From contig CACDCN010000001.1 of the NCBI GenBank assembly GCA_902551185.1, positions 3,049 through 67,048 of the forward strand: DNA of 64,000 nt, given 5' to 3'. Below, piece by piece: positions 1 through 9,207 of this stretch. The DNA is from an uncultured SAR86 cluster bacterium (GTDB taxonomy: Bacteria; Pseudomonadota; Gammaproteobacteria; Magnimaribacterales; D2472). Numbering within the stretch: the stretch's first letter is position 1; each line of letters begins with the position of its first letter. The translations under genes were made by a program, and so were the position numbers. The notes under the pieces are model-generated. The model saw only the letters and a program-made list of their open reading frames with translations, was not told the origin of the DNA and ran no database searches.

Positions 1-10
1 GGCAGTCTAA

Positions 11-517
11 ATGATAACAATTTCTCATGTAGTTGCGCTTTCAAATAATAATGTAATTGGGGTTAATAATAGCCTGCCTTGGAATCTTAAAACTGATCTC
101 GCACATTTTAAAAATTACACGTCCAATAAAATTATCGTGATGGGGAGAAAAACTTATGAATCTATTGGTCGCCCTCTTCCAAATAGAATAAATCTGATAG
201 TTTCTAACACTATCAAAGAAATTAATGGTGCTGAATTATTTAAAAGTACAGAAGATGCAATTAATAAAGCTAGAGAACTTTGTATTAATAAGAATCTTAA
301 AGAAATTATAATTATTGGTGGTGGATATCTTTTTAGGGATACGTTATCTATTACAAATAAATTAGTTCTAACTAAAGTTGATTGTAATATTGAAGGAGAT
401 GTTTTTTATCCAGATATTGATCTTGATGAATGGAAAAAGTTAAGTTCTGAACATTTTACAAAGGATTCAGATAATGATTATGACTTCACAGTCATAACAT
501 ACGAAAAATCTATGTAG
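11..517 (+). CDS. folA: dihydrofolate reductase
   Basis: 168-aa ORF. Contains IGxxNxLPW, MGRKTYESIG and IIGGG motifs typical of bacterial DHFR. Confidence 0.93.
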   Translation: MITISHVVALSNNNVIGVNNSLPWNLKTDLAHFKNYTSNKIIVMGRKTYESIGRPLPNRINLIVSNTIKEINGAELFKSTEDAINKARELCINKNLKEIIIIGGGYLFRDTLSITNKLVLTKVDCNIEGDVFYPDIDLDEWKKLSSEHFTKDSDNDYDFTVITYEKSM

Positions 518-1922
518 AGTTTTGTTGGATATAGTCTCTTCTTAAAGCTAAATTTGCGACCCTGATTTCTTCATTTTCAGTATATTTAATCCAATTATTA
601 GCCTGAGTCTTAATCTTTTTCTTTTTATCTCGTGCGGCTATTCTAAAATTTTTCTTTGCTTCTTCAAATTCTTGAAGCTCAAAATAAGCTTGGCCAAGTG
701 TTAAATATACTTGAGAAAGGTTTTTTATTTTCCCCTTTTCTAGTCCTTTCTTTATTGAGGCAACTGCTTCGTTGACCCTGTCTTCAGATAAATATAAATT
801 ACCTAAAAGAACATAAGACTCGCCGTCTTTTGACATAGATGCAGATTTTTCTAAAACTGGAATTGCTCTATCTATTTCTTGCGCCATTCTTAAGGAATCC
901 GCTAAAAGTTTAAGATTTTTTTCTGTATCTTTGACTACTGGAACAATTTTTTCTTCTTCGGTTTTTTCGTCAACAATAGTGATCATCTTCTTTTGGCCTG
1001 ATATTAGAACTTCCGCAGCCCAATAAGGATTTTTATTCAATAAGAGTAATTGAGCTAATGCTTTATATTCAGATTCTTTATCTAAAAAATCTTTTGCATG
1101 AGCTGCCTTTAAGGTAATCATGTAATCCCTTTCCCTTCCAAGCTGACCATAAACGCCACCAAGTTGGATGAAGTATAATTTTTTAGGATAAAGATTTACT
1201 AAAATTTCATAAATCGGTAGCTGTCTCCTAAGAGATTCTTTTTCACCGATTTCACTCTTCATTTCACTTATGTTGGCTGCCATAATCACATACCAATTTT
1301 CTCTTGGTTTATATCCCTCTTCTTCTGCTAATTTAATAGCTGTTTCTATAGAAGATAATGATTTTTTGTAATCTTCTAATGAAAAATATGCTTGTCCAAG
1401 CAGAGCATATGATTGAGCAGTTACTTTTTCGATCTCTTTTTGCCACTGAAGAACATATTGAATTCCTCTTTCATAATCTTCTTGAACCATATAGAGTTGT
1501 CCTAAAGACAAAAGAGCTCCTGTTCTTAATGGAATAGTTACTTCAGGCTCAGCAATTAATTTTCGATATGCATCCATTGCTTGTGTATATTTTTCACTAC
1601 TGAAATATACATATGCCCACGCGTTCCACATAACCGATCGGTCATAACTCTTTAATTCATCTTTATCATTTCTTAATTCAGTTAAGATTCTTGTCACAGT
1701 CTCCATGTCTGGTGCTGGCTCACCTTTGTCATCAACCACTTCAAGCGCTTCATATACTTTAGCCATTTTTTTAGCTGTTGATGCTTGAAGTGCTCTTGCT
1801 TTTTTATATTTAACTGGTTGTTTTTTTAATGCTTCATCTTCTTGAGCTCCTATATGTAAAGAAGAAAAAGAAAAACTAATTGCAAGTATTGAAAAAAGGA
1901 AGAATGAAATTTGTTTTCTCAT
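510..1922 (-). CDS. TPR-repeat periplasmic protein, terminal gene of the TonB2-type cluster (TtpD-like position)
   Basis: 470 aa with an N-terminal signal peptide. Repeated TPR-like helices are present (LGQLYMVQEDYERGIQY, LGQAYFSLEDYKKS, LGNLYLSEDRVNEA, LGQAYFELQEFEEA). It lies directly downstream of tonB. Confidence 0.7.
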   Translation of the reverse strand: MRKQISFFLFSILAISFSFSSLHIGAQEDEALKKQPVKYKKARALQASTAKKMAKVYEALEVVDDKGEPAPDMETVTRILTELRNDKDELKSYDRSVMWNAWAYVYFSSEKYTQAMDAYRKLIAEPEVTIPLRTGALLSLGQLYMVQEDYERGIQYVLQWQKEIEKVTAQSYALLGQAYFSLEDYKKSLSSIETAIKLAEEEGYKPRENWYVIMAANISEMKSEIGEKESLRRQLPIYEILVNLYPKKLYFIQLGGVYGQLGRERDYMITLKAAHAKDFLDKESEYKALAQLLLLNKNPYWAAEVLISGQKKMITIVDEKTEEEKIVPVVKDTEKNLKLLADSLRMAQEIDRAIPVLEKSASMSKDGESYVLLGNLYLSEDRVNEAVASIKKGLEKGKIKNLSQVYLTLGQAYFELQEFEEAKKNFRIAARDKKKKIKTQANNWIKYTENEEIRVANLALRRDYIQQNST

Positions 1923-1931
1923 AATATTAAA

Positions 1932-2633
1932 TTAACCCTCATCAAGTATATATGTAAACCTATGCAATACATCATCTACCGGAACTGCTTTACCATCAAC
2001 GATTTTAGGTTTGTATTTTAATTTTAATGCTGCTCTTGCTGATGCACTATTAAACATAGAACATGGTCTAAATTCTACAGTAGGATCTTCAGGGCTTTTG
2101 CTGGAACAATATCCTTCAACTGGAACAGCATTTTCTACACTACCTGTTTCAGTAATTGTAAATGATACTAATGCATAACCCATTGTCCCTCTTTCTTGAG
2201 CTCTCCTAGGGTAAATAGGTACAACTTTAAATAATGGGATATATTCACCATCTCTAAAAAATGACCCGCCTGCTTTAAAATTTGGTTTTGGTTTTGCTAT
2301 GCTGACATCTAGACCTGTGAGCGGCTGAAGATCAAGCTCTGGTTGAGCTATATCTTCTGGTTGTTCGTCTGGCTTATCTGGTTTATCAAGCTCACTCATA
2401 AAAGTATCAATTTCTCTTTCTGGCATAACAATATCTGTAAGTTTTACCGAAGTATCTTCCTTAATGCCACTATCCCCTAAAGCAATTAAAATCACCATTA
2501 TAAAAAATAATGCGATAGTTATAAGAGAGGAGAATCCTATTCCAGCTGCATATTTATTTGCATTAAAAGCCTTAACATACATTTCATGTATTGGCTTTGT
2601 AACAGAATTTAAAGCAGAAAGGACCTGATCCAT
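1932..2633 (-). CDS. tonB: energy transducer TonB
   Basis: 233 aa with one N-terminal TM helix and an acidic/Pro-rich linker (DKPDKPDEQPEDIAQPELDLQP). The C-terminal TonB_C-like domain reads PIYPRRAQERGTMGYALVSFTITETGSV ... LKYKPK. It follows exbB-exbD. Confidence 0.82.
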   Translation of the reverse strand: MDQVLSALNSVTKPIHEMYVKAFNANKYAAGIGFSSLITIALFFIMVILIALGDSGIKEDTSVKLTDIVMPEREIDTFMSELDKPDKPDEQPEDIAQPELDLQPLTGLDVSIAKPKPNFKAGGSFFRDGEYIPLFKVVPIYPRRAQERGTMGYALVSFTITETGSVENAVPVEGYCSSKSPEDPTVEFRPCSMFNSASARAALKLKYKPKIVDGKAVPVDDVLHRFTYILDEG

Positions 2634-2636
2634 AAT

Positions 2637-3047
2637 TTATTTTGGTTCTGAAGCTAATGAAATTGCATTTACGCCTGCTTCTCTAGCACCATCCATAACC
2701 TTTATTATTGTGTCAGCGATTGCTTGCTCATCAGCCTGAATTACAACTGATCCTTGAGGGTTATCAGCAAGCATTTTTACAACGTTTGCTTTTACCTGTC
2801 TAACATCAATTCTTCTTCCATCCATCCAAACCTCATCATTAGCTCCTACCGCAATTAATATAGCAGCATTCTCTTGAGTTTCTGCTGTTTCAGAATCCGG
2901 TCTATTAATTTCAAGTCCTGGCTCTTTTATAAAATTTGCAGTAACAATAAAGAAAATAAGCATGATGAAAACAACATCAAGCATAGGAGTTAAATTAATT
3001 TCACTTTCTTCGTCTTTTACTGCGGTAGTTATTGCATTTCTTCTCAT
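2637..3047 (-). CDS. exbD: biopolymer transport protein ExbD/TolR
   Basis: 136 aa. Contains INLTPMLDVVFIMLIFFIV, the typical ExbD N-terminal TM segment, followed by a periplasmic domain. Confidence 0.9.
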   Translation of the reverse strand: MRRNAITTAVKDEESEINLTPMLDVVFIMLIFFIVTANFIKEPGLEINRPDSETAETQENAAILIAVGANDEVWMDGRRIDVRQVKANVVKMLADNPQGSVVIQADEQAIADTIIKVMDGAREAGVNAISLASEPK

Positions 3048-3056
3048 TTCAATCTC

Positions 3057-3587
3057 CTATAATTCTCTCTTAATTAATTCATTTAAATCATTTGAATGTC
3101 TTTCTGATGCACTATTTAAATATATGCTCGCGAATACTCCAGAAAGAGCGACAACCATACCTGCCATAGTTGGTAAAGTAGCCTTTGAAACTCCTCCTGC
3201 CATTGCTCTAGCATCGCCGCCACCATTAAATGCCATTACTTGGAATACTTCTATCATTCCTGTAACTGTACCTAACAATCCAAATAATGGAGCAAGCACT
3301 ACACAAGTCTGAATTATTGAAAGATTTTTATTAATCTCTACCTTTGCTTGTGAAATCATCTTTTCACGAATTTGTAGCGCATGCCATGAAGTCTTATCTG
3401 ATCTGTTTTTCCATTTACTAGATAGATCTTGAATATAAAAATCATGGCTATGAGAAAAATACCAAATTCTTTCAAAAATTAATGCCCACATAAAGAAGAC
3501 CAAGATTGCAATTAGCCATAAGACAGTGCCGCCCGCTTCCATAAAATCTCTTATGGAAGAAAAAGCTTCTGTTATAGCAAAAAACAT
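3057..3587 (-). CDS. exbB: MotA/TolQ/ExbB proton-channel protein (short ExbB)
   Basis: 176 aa. Carries the conserved LAPLFGLLGTVTGMIEVF and AGGVSKAT motifs of the MotA_ExbB family. Confidence 0.87.
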   Translation of the reverse strand: MFFAITEAFSSIRDFMEAGGTVLWLIAILVFFMWALIFERIWYFSHSHDFYIQDLSSKWKNRSDKTSWHALQIREKMISQAKVEINKNLSIIQTCVVLAPLFGLLGTVTGMIEVFQVMAFNGGGDARAMAGGVSKATLPTMAGMVVALSGVFASIYLNSASERHSNDLNELIKREL

Positions 3588-3596
3588 AATTGGCTA

Positions 3597-4982
3597 CTAT
3601 TTCCCTGCACGTTCTGCAAGAATTCCTGTGCTCTGCTCTTCTAAAACACTAATAATTCCTTTAGCAGAAGATGCTGCAAAAGAATGTAATAGAGTTGTAG
3701 GAATTGCAACTAAGAGGCCTAGAACCGTTGTAACAAGGGCTTGAGAAATACCTCCAGCCATTAATTTTGGATCTCCAGTACCATATAAAGTAATCATCTG
3801 GAAAGTTACAATCATACCTGTAACTGTTCCTAGCAAACCTGCCAAAGGTGCTACGACTGATATTATCCTAACTGCTCCAATACCCTTTTCAATTTCAGGC
3901 CTTTCAGCCATAATTGCTTCAGCAAGTTTTAATTCTAATGTATCAATGTCTTTCTTAAAGTTATCTTCTCCAGCTTTAAGAACTCTTCCTAATGGATTTC
4001 TTACATCAATAGCTTTAGATTTCGTCTGTTTTTTAACTGCTAAACCTAACATATATAAGCTATAAAGTTTCCAGAAAGCTAGACCAATACCAATTAAACC
4101 AACAAATATGATTGCATACCCAACCTCTCTACCTTGTTGAGCTCTCTCAAGCAATGATGGAGTTTGGATTAAGTTTGCTAAAAGACTTCCGCCTTGTGGT
4201 CCAGTTGGGTCCACTCCAAACTTTACTAGTTCGCCTGCATCAGCATTACCCACTTTTTTAGCAGTCTTCGTATATCTACCCTCAGGCTGCCTTGGTAAAA
4301 ATGCATAATCGCCAGTTGATGAAATATATTCTAAATATTTACCATCACACACAGCATTAAATAATCCAACCCTAGTTACATTACATGCAGATGACTCTCC
4401 ATCAGGGTCTATAACATTTGTATCAAATGATACGACCTGGCCACTAGCTATCATTTCTCTTTGTAATTCGAACCATAAACCTTCAATTTCTCTTATTGTA
4501 GGAAGTTCAGTTGTTTCTGACATTTTTGAGGTTAGATTATTTAAAAAAGCAACTCTCTCTACTCCGTATTGCGGGCCGGTTAATGAGCCTGAGAATTGAA
4601 CAGCAGCCTCACCTGCAGAACTCTGTAAATGACCAAAAAGCTCTACCAGTGAACCAAGTTCTTTTTGATAAGCTTCTTCTTTTACTACTAGTATTGCTTC
4701 ATTCTTTTTATATTCAGCCTCTAATTGATCTGCAATCTTTTCTTGTCGAGCTAGTTCTCTTTTTTCAGCTGCAAGAATGGATGCTTGTTTGTTCTTATCA
4801 GCCATAAATTTAGCTTCTCTATCTGAATTAGCAGCTTGTTCTTTTGTTTTGCCTTCTTTAACAAGCATTAAAAGAGCTTCAACTGTTGAAACTTCATTTG
4901 CCTCTTCTTCAGAATCTTGTGCAAATACAAAAGCATTAAATGAAAGTATAAGAACAAAAAATATTGATAAAAACTTATTCAT
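3597..4982 (-). CDS. MotA/TolQ/ExbB family protein with a large periplasmic N-terminal domain (TtpC-like)
   Basis: 461 aa with a signal peptide and a long coiled-coil/periplasmic region. The C-terminal channel motifs are APLAGLLGTVTGMIVTF and AGGISQALVTT. It occupies the same position as TtpC in Vibrio TonB2 systems. Confidence 0.8.
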   Translation of the reverse strand: MNKFLSIFFVLILSFNAFVFAQDSEEEANEVSTVEALLMLVKEGKTKEQAANSDREAKFMADKNKQASILAAEKRELARQEKIADQLEAEYKKNEAILVVKEEAYQKELGSLVELFGHLQSSAGEAAVQFSGSLTGPQYGVERVAFLNNLTSKMSETTELPTIREIEGLWFELQREMIASGQVVSFDTNVIDPDGESSACNVTRVGLFNAVCDGKYLEYISSTGDYAFLPRQPEGRYTKTAKKVGNADAGELVKFGVDPTGPQGGSLLANLIQTPSLLERAQQGREVGYAIIFVGLIGIGLAFWKLYSLYMLGLAVKKQTKSKAIDVRNPLGRVLKAGEDNFKKDIDTLELKLAEAIMAERPEIEKGIGAVRIISVVAPLAGLLGTVTGMIVTFQMITLYGTGDPKLMAGGISQALVTTVLGLLVAIPTTLLHSFAASSAKGIISVLEEQSTGILAERAGK

Positions 4983-5749
4983 TATACTTCTCCTTTAATA
5001 ACTGGCATTAGTAGCATATCAACTGGAGCTAACTTCTTAGCCATTCTTATACCATCTCTAATTGGCTTTCTATAACTTCCTGGAAGCTCAACCCATTCAC
5101 CAACTTCGTTATCCCATCTTCCGCTAGTTCTTTCATCTTTTGTTTGATAGAACATACCTATTCTTCCAATCACTAGTATGTTTACGACAGTGCCGTCTGA
5201 CAATTTGTCTTCGTAGGTATCTATTTTTCTTCCATACTCAGCTTCAATATTATAAGCCTCTAATACTTGTCTAACTTGCTCAGAAGCAGTAACTTTAGGT
5301 TTAGACATTGAAGATCTAACTAGATCAACTCTAGCTCTTCTCTCTTCAGCCCTGAAAGGGGTATCTAATTTAATAAATGTTTCTAGACTATCAAGCATTT
5401 TCCCTGCCAACGGAGGTATTTGTCTTTGCATGACAACAACTTGAACAAGCTGTTCATCTAGCTTATCCATTAAATCAAGCTGAGCTTGGATTTGTATTCT
5501 TTTTTGTGCGTTATAAAGTTTCAAGCCTTCTACTTGTTTTGAAACAACTTTATATTCATTGACTATCTTATCTGTTTGTCTTTCCGTTGCATCAATCTTA
5601 TCTTGCGATGTTGCAGAAAGCTGTTGATTGTCTCTACCAACCTCTAAAACACTCTCCATATTAACTTCAACAACTTCATTTGCTAATGAAATAACGCTAA
5701 AACCAATAAGCACAGGTAAAGAAATATTCTTCATAAATTTATACATCAT
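4982..5749 (-). CDS. DUF3450-family periplasmic coiled-coil protein (TtpB-like)
   Basis: 255 aa with a signal peptide and a coiled-coil N-terminal half. It is the first gene of the TonB2-type cluster, its stop overlaps the start of the next gene, and it is preceded by the RBS AAGGGAGAAA. Confidence 0.62.
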   Translation of the reverse strand: MMYKFMKNISLPVLIGFSVISLANEVVEVNMESVLEVGRDNQQLSATSQDKIDATERQTDKIVNEYKVVSKQVEGLKLYNAQKRIQIQAQLDLMDKLDEQLVQVVVMQRQIPPLAGKMLDSLETFIKLDTPFRAEERRARVDLVRSSMSKPKVTASEQVRQVLEAYNIEAEYGRKIDTYEDKLSDGTVVNILVIGRIGMFYQTKDERTSGRWDNEVGEWVELPGSYRKPIRDGIRMAKKLAPVDMLLMPVIKGEV

Positions 5750-5794
5750 TTTCTCCCTTTCCCAAAGTCAGGTAATATTAACAGGCTATTTAGA

Positions 5795-5815
5795 ATAAAT
5801 AAATTATTTATTTAT
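5795..5815. promoter_or_regulatory. 21-bp AT-rich palindrome upstream of the TonB2-type operon (candidate operator)
   Basis: ATAAATAAAT-T-ATTTATTTAT forms perfect 10+1+10 inverted arms, 46-66 nt upstream of the 5749 start codon. It contains one NATWAT-type hexamer (AATAAT), so the resemblance to a Fur box is only loose. Confidence 0.25.
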
Positions 5816-5898
5816 AGGTTGTTTAATCTAAATACGCACATAAATCAACTAATATTATATAACTTTTATAAATATAGCTTCAATTCAAGGTTCTTACC

Positions 5899-6780
5899 TT
5901 AAAATCTTGGAATAATTCTTGGAGTTTTGTCCTTATAATCCTTATATTCTTCAAGATGTCCCCATTTTTTATTGCCCATATCTTCAAGCATTCTTACCCC
6001 GCTAATATGAACCAAAAGAATATATGTAAAAACAGGAGATATTAATGTTAAATACTGTGCTCCACTTAAAGATGGCAATGCAATTAAAGCTATGCCGGTC
6101 CAAAGCATAATTTCTCCAAAATAGTTAGGATGTCTTGATTTTGCCCATAAACCAGTAGTAATGAATTTATCTTTATTTTCTTCAAGGGATCTAAAGGTAT
6201 TTTTTTGATTATCTGCAACAATTTCGATACTAAAACCTATTAAGAATAGTACAACTCCAATACAGAAAAATATGTTGACTGAAATCTCACCTAGATTTCC
6301 AGAGTACCAAATTGTAGCAACACCCATTTCACTTGACATCGCAGTTAAAGCACACATAGAACAAATGGAAACCCAAAAACCTTGGAGCGTCCAAGTCATA
6401 AAGAATTGAGAGGCTGATGGCTTTATTGTTCTAAACCTTTTATCTTCTCCAGCTTTATGAATTCTTAAAAATAAAAAACTTCCTAGTCGAACTGCCCAGA
6501 TTGTAATTAATGATGCCAATATAAAATTTCCTTCTATTCCTGATGAACCACCACCTGAAAGAATATATGTAAACCAAACAACTGTTAAATAAGTCAAGGT
6601 TCCAGTTAAGTCATAAAACTTTTCAGTTTGAAAGGTATACGCAGGAATATAAGCAACCCATTGGATTAAAAATGCCAATATAACCGCATTTAGAACTATA
6701 TAACTTCCAGTTAAATAAGCTATTCCAGTTCCAATAAAAAATACAATTATTGATATTAATAAATTAACATACCACTTCAT
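5899..6780 (-). CDS. DUF1295 family membrane protein (steroid 5-alpha-reductase / isoprenylcysteine methyltransferase-like fold)
   Basis: Polytopic membrane protein with a C-terminal GLWAKSRHPNYFGEIMLW motif. I place the start at Met-7 (6780), which removes the overlap with the upstream stop. The ORF track extends to 6798. Confidence 0.72.
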   Translation of the reverse strand: MKWYVNLLISIIVFFIGTGIAYLTGSYIVLNAVILAFLIQWVAYIPAYTFQTEKFYDLTGTLTYLTVVWFTYILSGGGSSGIEGNFILASLITIWAVRLGSFLFLRIHKAGEDKRFRTIKPSASQFFMTWTLQGFWVSICSMCALTAMSSEMGVATIWYSGNLGEISVNIFFCIGVVLFLIGFSIEIVADNQKNTFRSLEENKDKFITTGLWAKSRHPNYFGEIMLWTGIALIALPSLSGAQYLTLISPVFTYILLVHISGVRMLEDMGNKKWGHLEEYKDYKDKTPRIIPRF

Positions 6781-6782
6781 AA

Positions 6783-8597
6783 TTATTTCCACCCACAAGT
6801 TCTTTGTTTATTTTGATCATCAAGCCAATCTTTTAGTGGCGCATAATAATTTAATATCGATTTACCGCTGAGCTGTCTAGACCCTGTTAAATTTTCAAAA
6901 GTATCTTGCCATGGCTGGCTCTCACCCAATGCCATGGTTGATATTATTTTCTCTCCGGCAGTCTTGCTTCCATAAATAGAGCATTCATGAAGCGGGCCAT
7001 CAAACCCCATTTCTTTGCATAAAGCTTCATGAAATTGATATTGCATTATCCTTGCTAAGTAATATCTTGTATAAGGGGTATTTCCTGGAATATGGTATTT
7101 TGCCCCAGGATCAAAGTACTCCTCAGACCTTTCGCTGCTTGTGCTAATACCTTGATATTGTTCTCTTAGATCCCACCATGATGAATTTAAGTTGCTCTCA
7201 TCTATTTCACCATTAAATACTCCAGACCTCCATTTATCTAACATTAATGCCCAAGGAATAACAACAACCCCTTCTAAGGCTTGTTTCATTAATAAGCCTA
7301 TTGGATCTTCCTTTGCTATAGTTGCTTCATCCTCAGAAATAAAATCAATATTCATAAGATAATCTGGTGTAATAGATAAGGTTAAAAGGTCTCCAAACGC
7401 TTCATGAAAACCATCATTTGCACCTCCTTGAAAAAGATAAGGTAAGTGATTATATGCTTGATAATAAAAAATATGTCCCAACTCATGATGGATTGTAATA
7501 AAGTCCTCTTCATTTTTTTGTATACACATTTTAATTCTAAGATCATTATTAGCAGGATCTAAATTCCATGCAGAAGCATGACAAACTACTGACCTGTCAC
7601 TAGGCTTAACAAACAATGATCTCTCCCAAAAAGTATCTGGTAATGGCTTGAACCCTATAGATAAAAAGAAATCTTCAGCATATTCAACCATTTCGATTTC
7701 ATTTAATGATTTTTCTTCAATTATCCTAGTAACATTTACAGAATTTGATTTCGAGCCTTCTGTATAAATTATGTCATATATATTCGACCAGGTTTGTCCC
7801 CACATATTTCCTAAAAGGTGCACCGGTAATGGTCCTGAATCTGAAACAATGTCATCTCCATAATAATCATTTAATTTGGCTCTAGCGTGACAATGCAAAG
7901 CATCATAAAGTGGTTTAACTTCCTCCCACACTCTATCAGTTTCGCTAAGAAAATCTTCTGCCGGCATATCATATTTACTAAACCATAAATCGCTTAGCCC
8001 TTTATAACCCAGATCTTTTGATCCTTGATTTCCAATTTCTACCATACGCATATACATTGGTTTCATAGGCTTCCCAATTTCATGCCAACCTTTCCAGGCA
8101 CTTAATAGTTCTTCTGGATTTCTAGATTTATCAATAATTGCTTCAAATGCCTCTAAATCAAAACAACTGCCATCTTCATAGCAATACTCTCCGTTTCCAT
8201 ACATAGCTTCTAGACTAGTAGTTATTTTTGATAATTCTTTTGCTAAGTTACTATCAAATGGAGGCGGCATTACAAAAGAACTTTTAAGAATATTTAACAT
8301 TCTCTTCTTATCAGACGTAGTATCAACATTATTAAAATCAGATGCTCTTCTAGAATTTTCTAAAGATTTAAGTGTATATCTGGTTCCATAATCAGCTATT
8401 ACTTTTTGTGAATCATAAGTAATAAAGTTTGAACTTATCCAAGAAGCAGAGTTTATAATTGGACCTTCTTCTTTATATTCTTGCTCAACTTCTAATAAAA
8501 ACTTATCTAAATCTTCACTTGTATTACTTTTTTCGCTACCTGGAGCACAAGAAGTTACAATTAGTATTATGAATATGATACTTAAAAAGTTTTTCAT
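6783..8597 (-). CDS. M2-family peptidyl-dipeptidase A (angiotensin-converting-enzyme-like zinc metallopeptidase), lipoprotein
   Basis: HHELGH ... HEAFGD zinc-binding motifs are spaced as in ACE. Start chosen at MKNFLSIIFIILIVTSCAPG (lipobox, RBS GAGGGA) at 8597. The longer track ORF would run into the efp start. Confidence 0.85.
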   Translation of the reverse strand: MKNFLSIIFIILIVTSCAPGSEKSNTSEDLDKFLLEVEQEYKEEGPIINSASWISSNFITYDSQKVIADYGTRYTLKSLENSRRASDFNNVDTTSDKKRMLNILKSSFVMPPPFDSNLAKELSKITTSLEAMYGNGEYCYEDGSCFDLEAFEAIIDKSRNPEELLSAWKGWHEIGKPMKPMYMRMVEIGNQGSKDLGYKGLSDLWFSKYDMPAEDFLSETDRVWEEVKPLYDALHCHARAKLNDYYGDDIVSDSGPLPVHLLGNMWGQTWSNIYDIIYTEGSKSNSVNVTRIIEEKSLNEIEMVEYAEDFFLSIGFKPLPDTFWERSLFVKPSDRSVVCHASAWNLDPANNDLRIKMCIQKNEEDFITIHHELGHIFYYQAYNHLPYLFQGGANDGFHEAFGDLLTLSITPDYLMNIDFISEDEATIAKEDPIGLLMKQALEGVVVIPWALMLDKWRSGVFNGEIDESNLNSSWWDLREQYQGISTSSERSEEYFDPGAKYHIPGNTPYTRYYLARIMQYQFHEALCKEMGFDGPLHECSIYGSKTAGEKIISTMALGESQPWQDTFENLTGSRQLSGKSILNYYAPLKDWLDDQNKQRTCGWK

Positions 8598-8640
8598 TTT
8601 TGTTCCCTCACCATTAAAATAACATAAAAGTGAGTATGTT

Positions 8641-9207
8641 ATGAAGATTTCAACCAATCAATTTAAAAATGGAACTAAGCTAATAATTGATAACGCCCCA
8701 TGCACAATAGTAGAACATGAATTTCATAAGCCAGGCAAGGGACAGGCAGTTATGAGAATCAAATATAAAAATCTTTTGACTGGCAATACTAATGATAAAA
8801 CTTACAAATCAGGCGAAAGTGTCGAGTCTGCTGATGTTAATCATAAGGAAATGGAATTTCTGTACCATGATAAAGAATCTTGGCATTTTATGGATAAGGA
8901 TACTTACGAACAAATAGAAATAAACTCTTCACAAATGGGAGATGCAACAAAATGGCTTACAGGACAAGAAATATGTGAGGTTGTTCTATGGAATAATCAA
9001 CCAATACTAGTTAGTCCACCTGCAATTGTTGAATTAAAAATTATTAAATCCGAGCCGGGTGTAAAAGGTGATACAGTTTCTGGAGCTACTAAAAATGCAA
9101 CACTTGAAACTGGTATAGATGTTCAAGTTCCTTTATTTGTAAATGAAAATGAAGTTATTAAAGTTGATACTAGGGATATAACTTATGTCGGGAGAGCAAA
9201 GTCTTGA
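8641..9207 (+). CDS. efp: elongation factor P
   Basis: 188 aa, full-length EF-P architecture. The KPGKGQA loop carries the lysine that is modified in the EpmAB-type pathway. Confidence 0.95.
   Translation: MKISTNQFKNGTKLIIDNAPCTIVEHEFHKPGKGQAVMRIKYKNLLTGNTNDKTYKSGESVESADVNHKEMEFLYHDKESWHFMDKDTYEQIEINSSQMGDATKWLTGQEICEVVLWNNQPILVSPPAIVELKIIKSEPGVKGDTVSGATKNATLETGIDVQVPLFVNENEVIKVDTRDITYVGRAKS

Noticed and set aside
2962-4998. The track lists plus-strand ORFs antisense to exbD, exbB and the large MotA-like gene (2962..3312, 3526..3744, 4511..4807, 4777..4998). Similar antisense ORFs occur elsewhere (e.g. 9329..9526, 11702..11980, 21348..21638, 33192..33518, 40346..40624, 46384..46644, 53207..53524).
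   Set aside because: Each lies entirely inside a longer opposite-strand gene with clear family motifs. Their translations are low-complexity or hydrophobic noise typical of shadow ORFs, and they have no RBS or recognisable domain.
5750-5898. A riboswitch (e.g. cobalamin) or a canonical Fur box in the TonB2 operon leader.
   Set aside because: The leader is only 149 nt, almost devoid of G/C, and I recognise no conserved riboswitch core. The palindrome matches the Fur consensus GATAATGATAATCATTATC poorly, so I kept it only as a generic candidate operator.
8598-8657. 20-codon N-terminal extension of the M2 peptidase ORF, overlapping the efp start.
   Set aside because: The internal Met at 8597 has a good RBS (GAGGGA) and begins a textbook lipoprotein signal peptide. 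The extension would bury that signal and overlap the divergent efp start codon.
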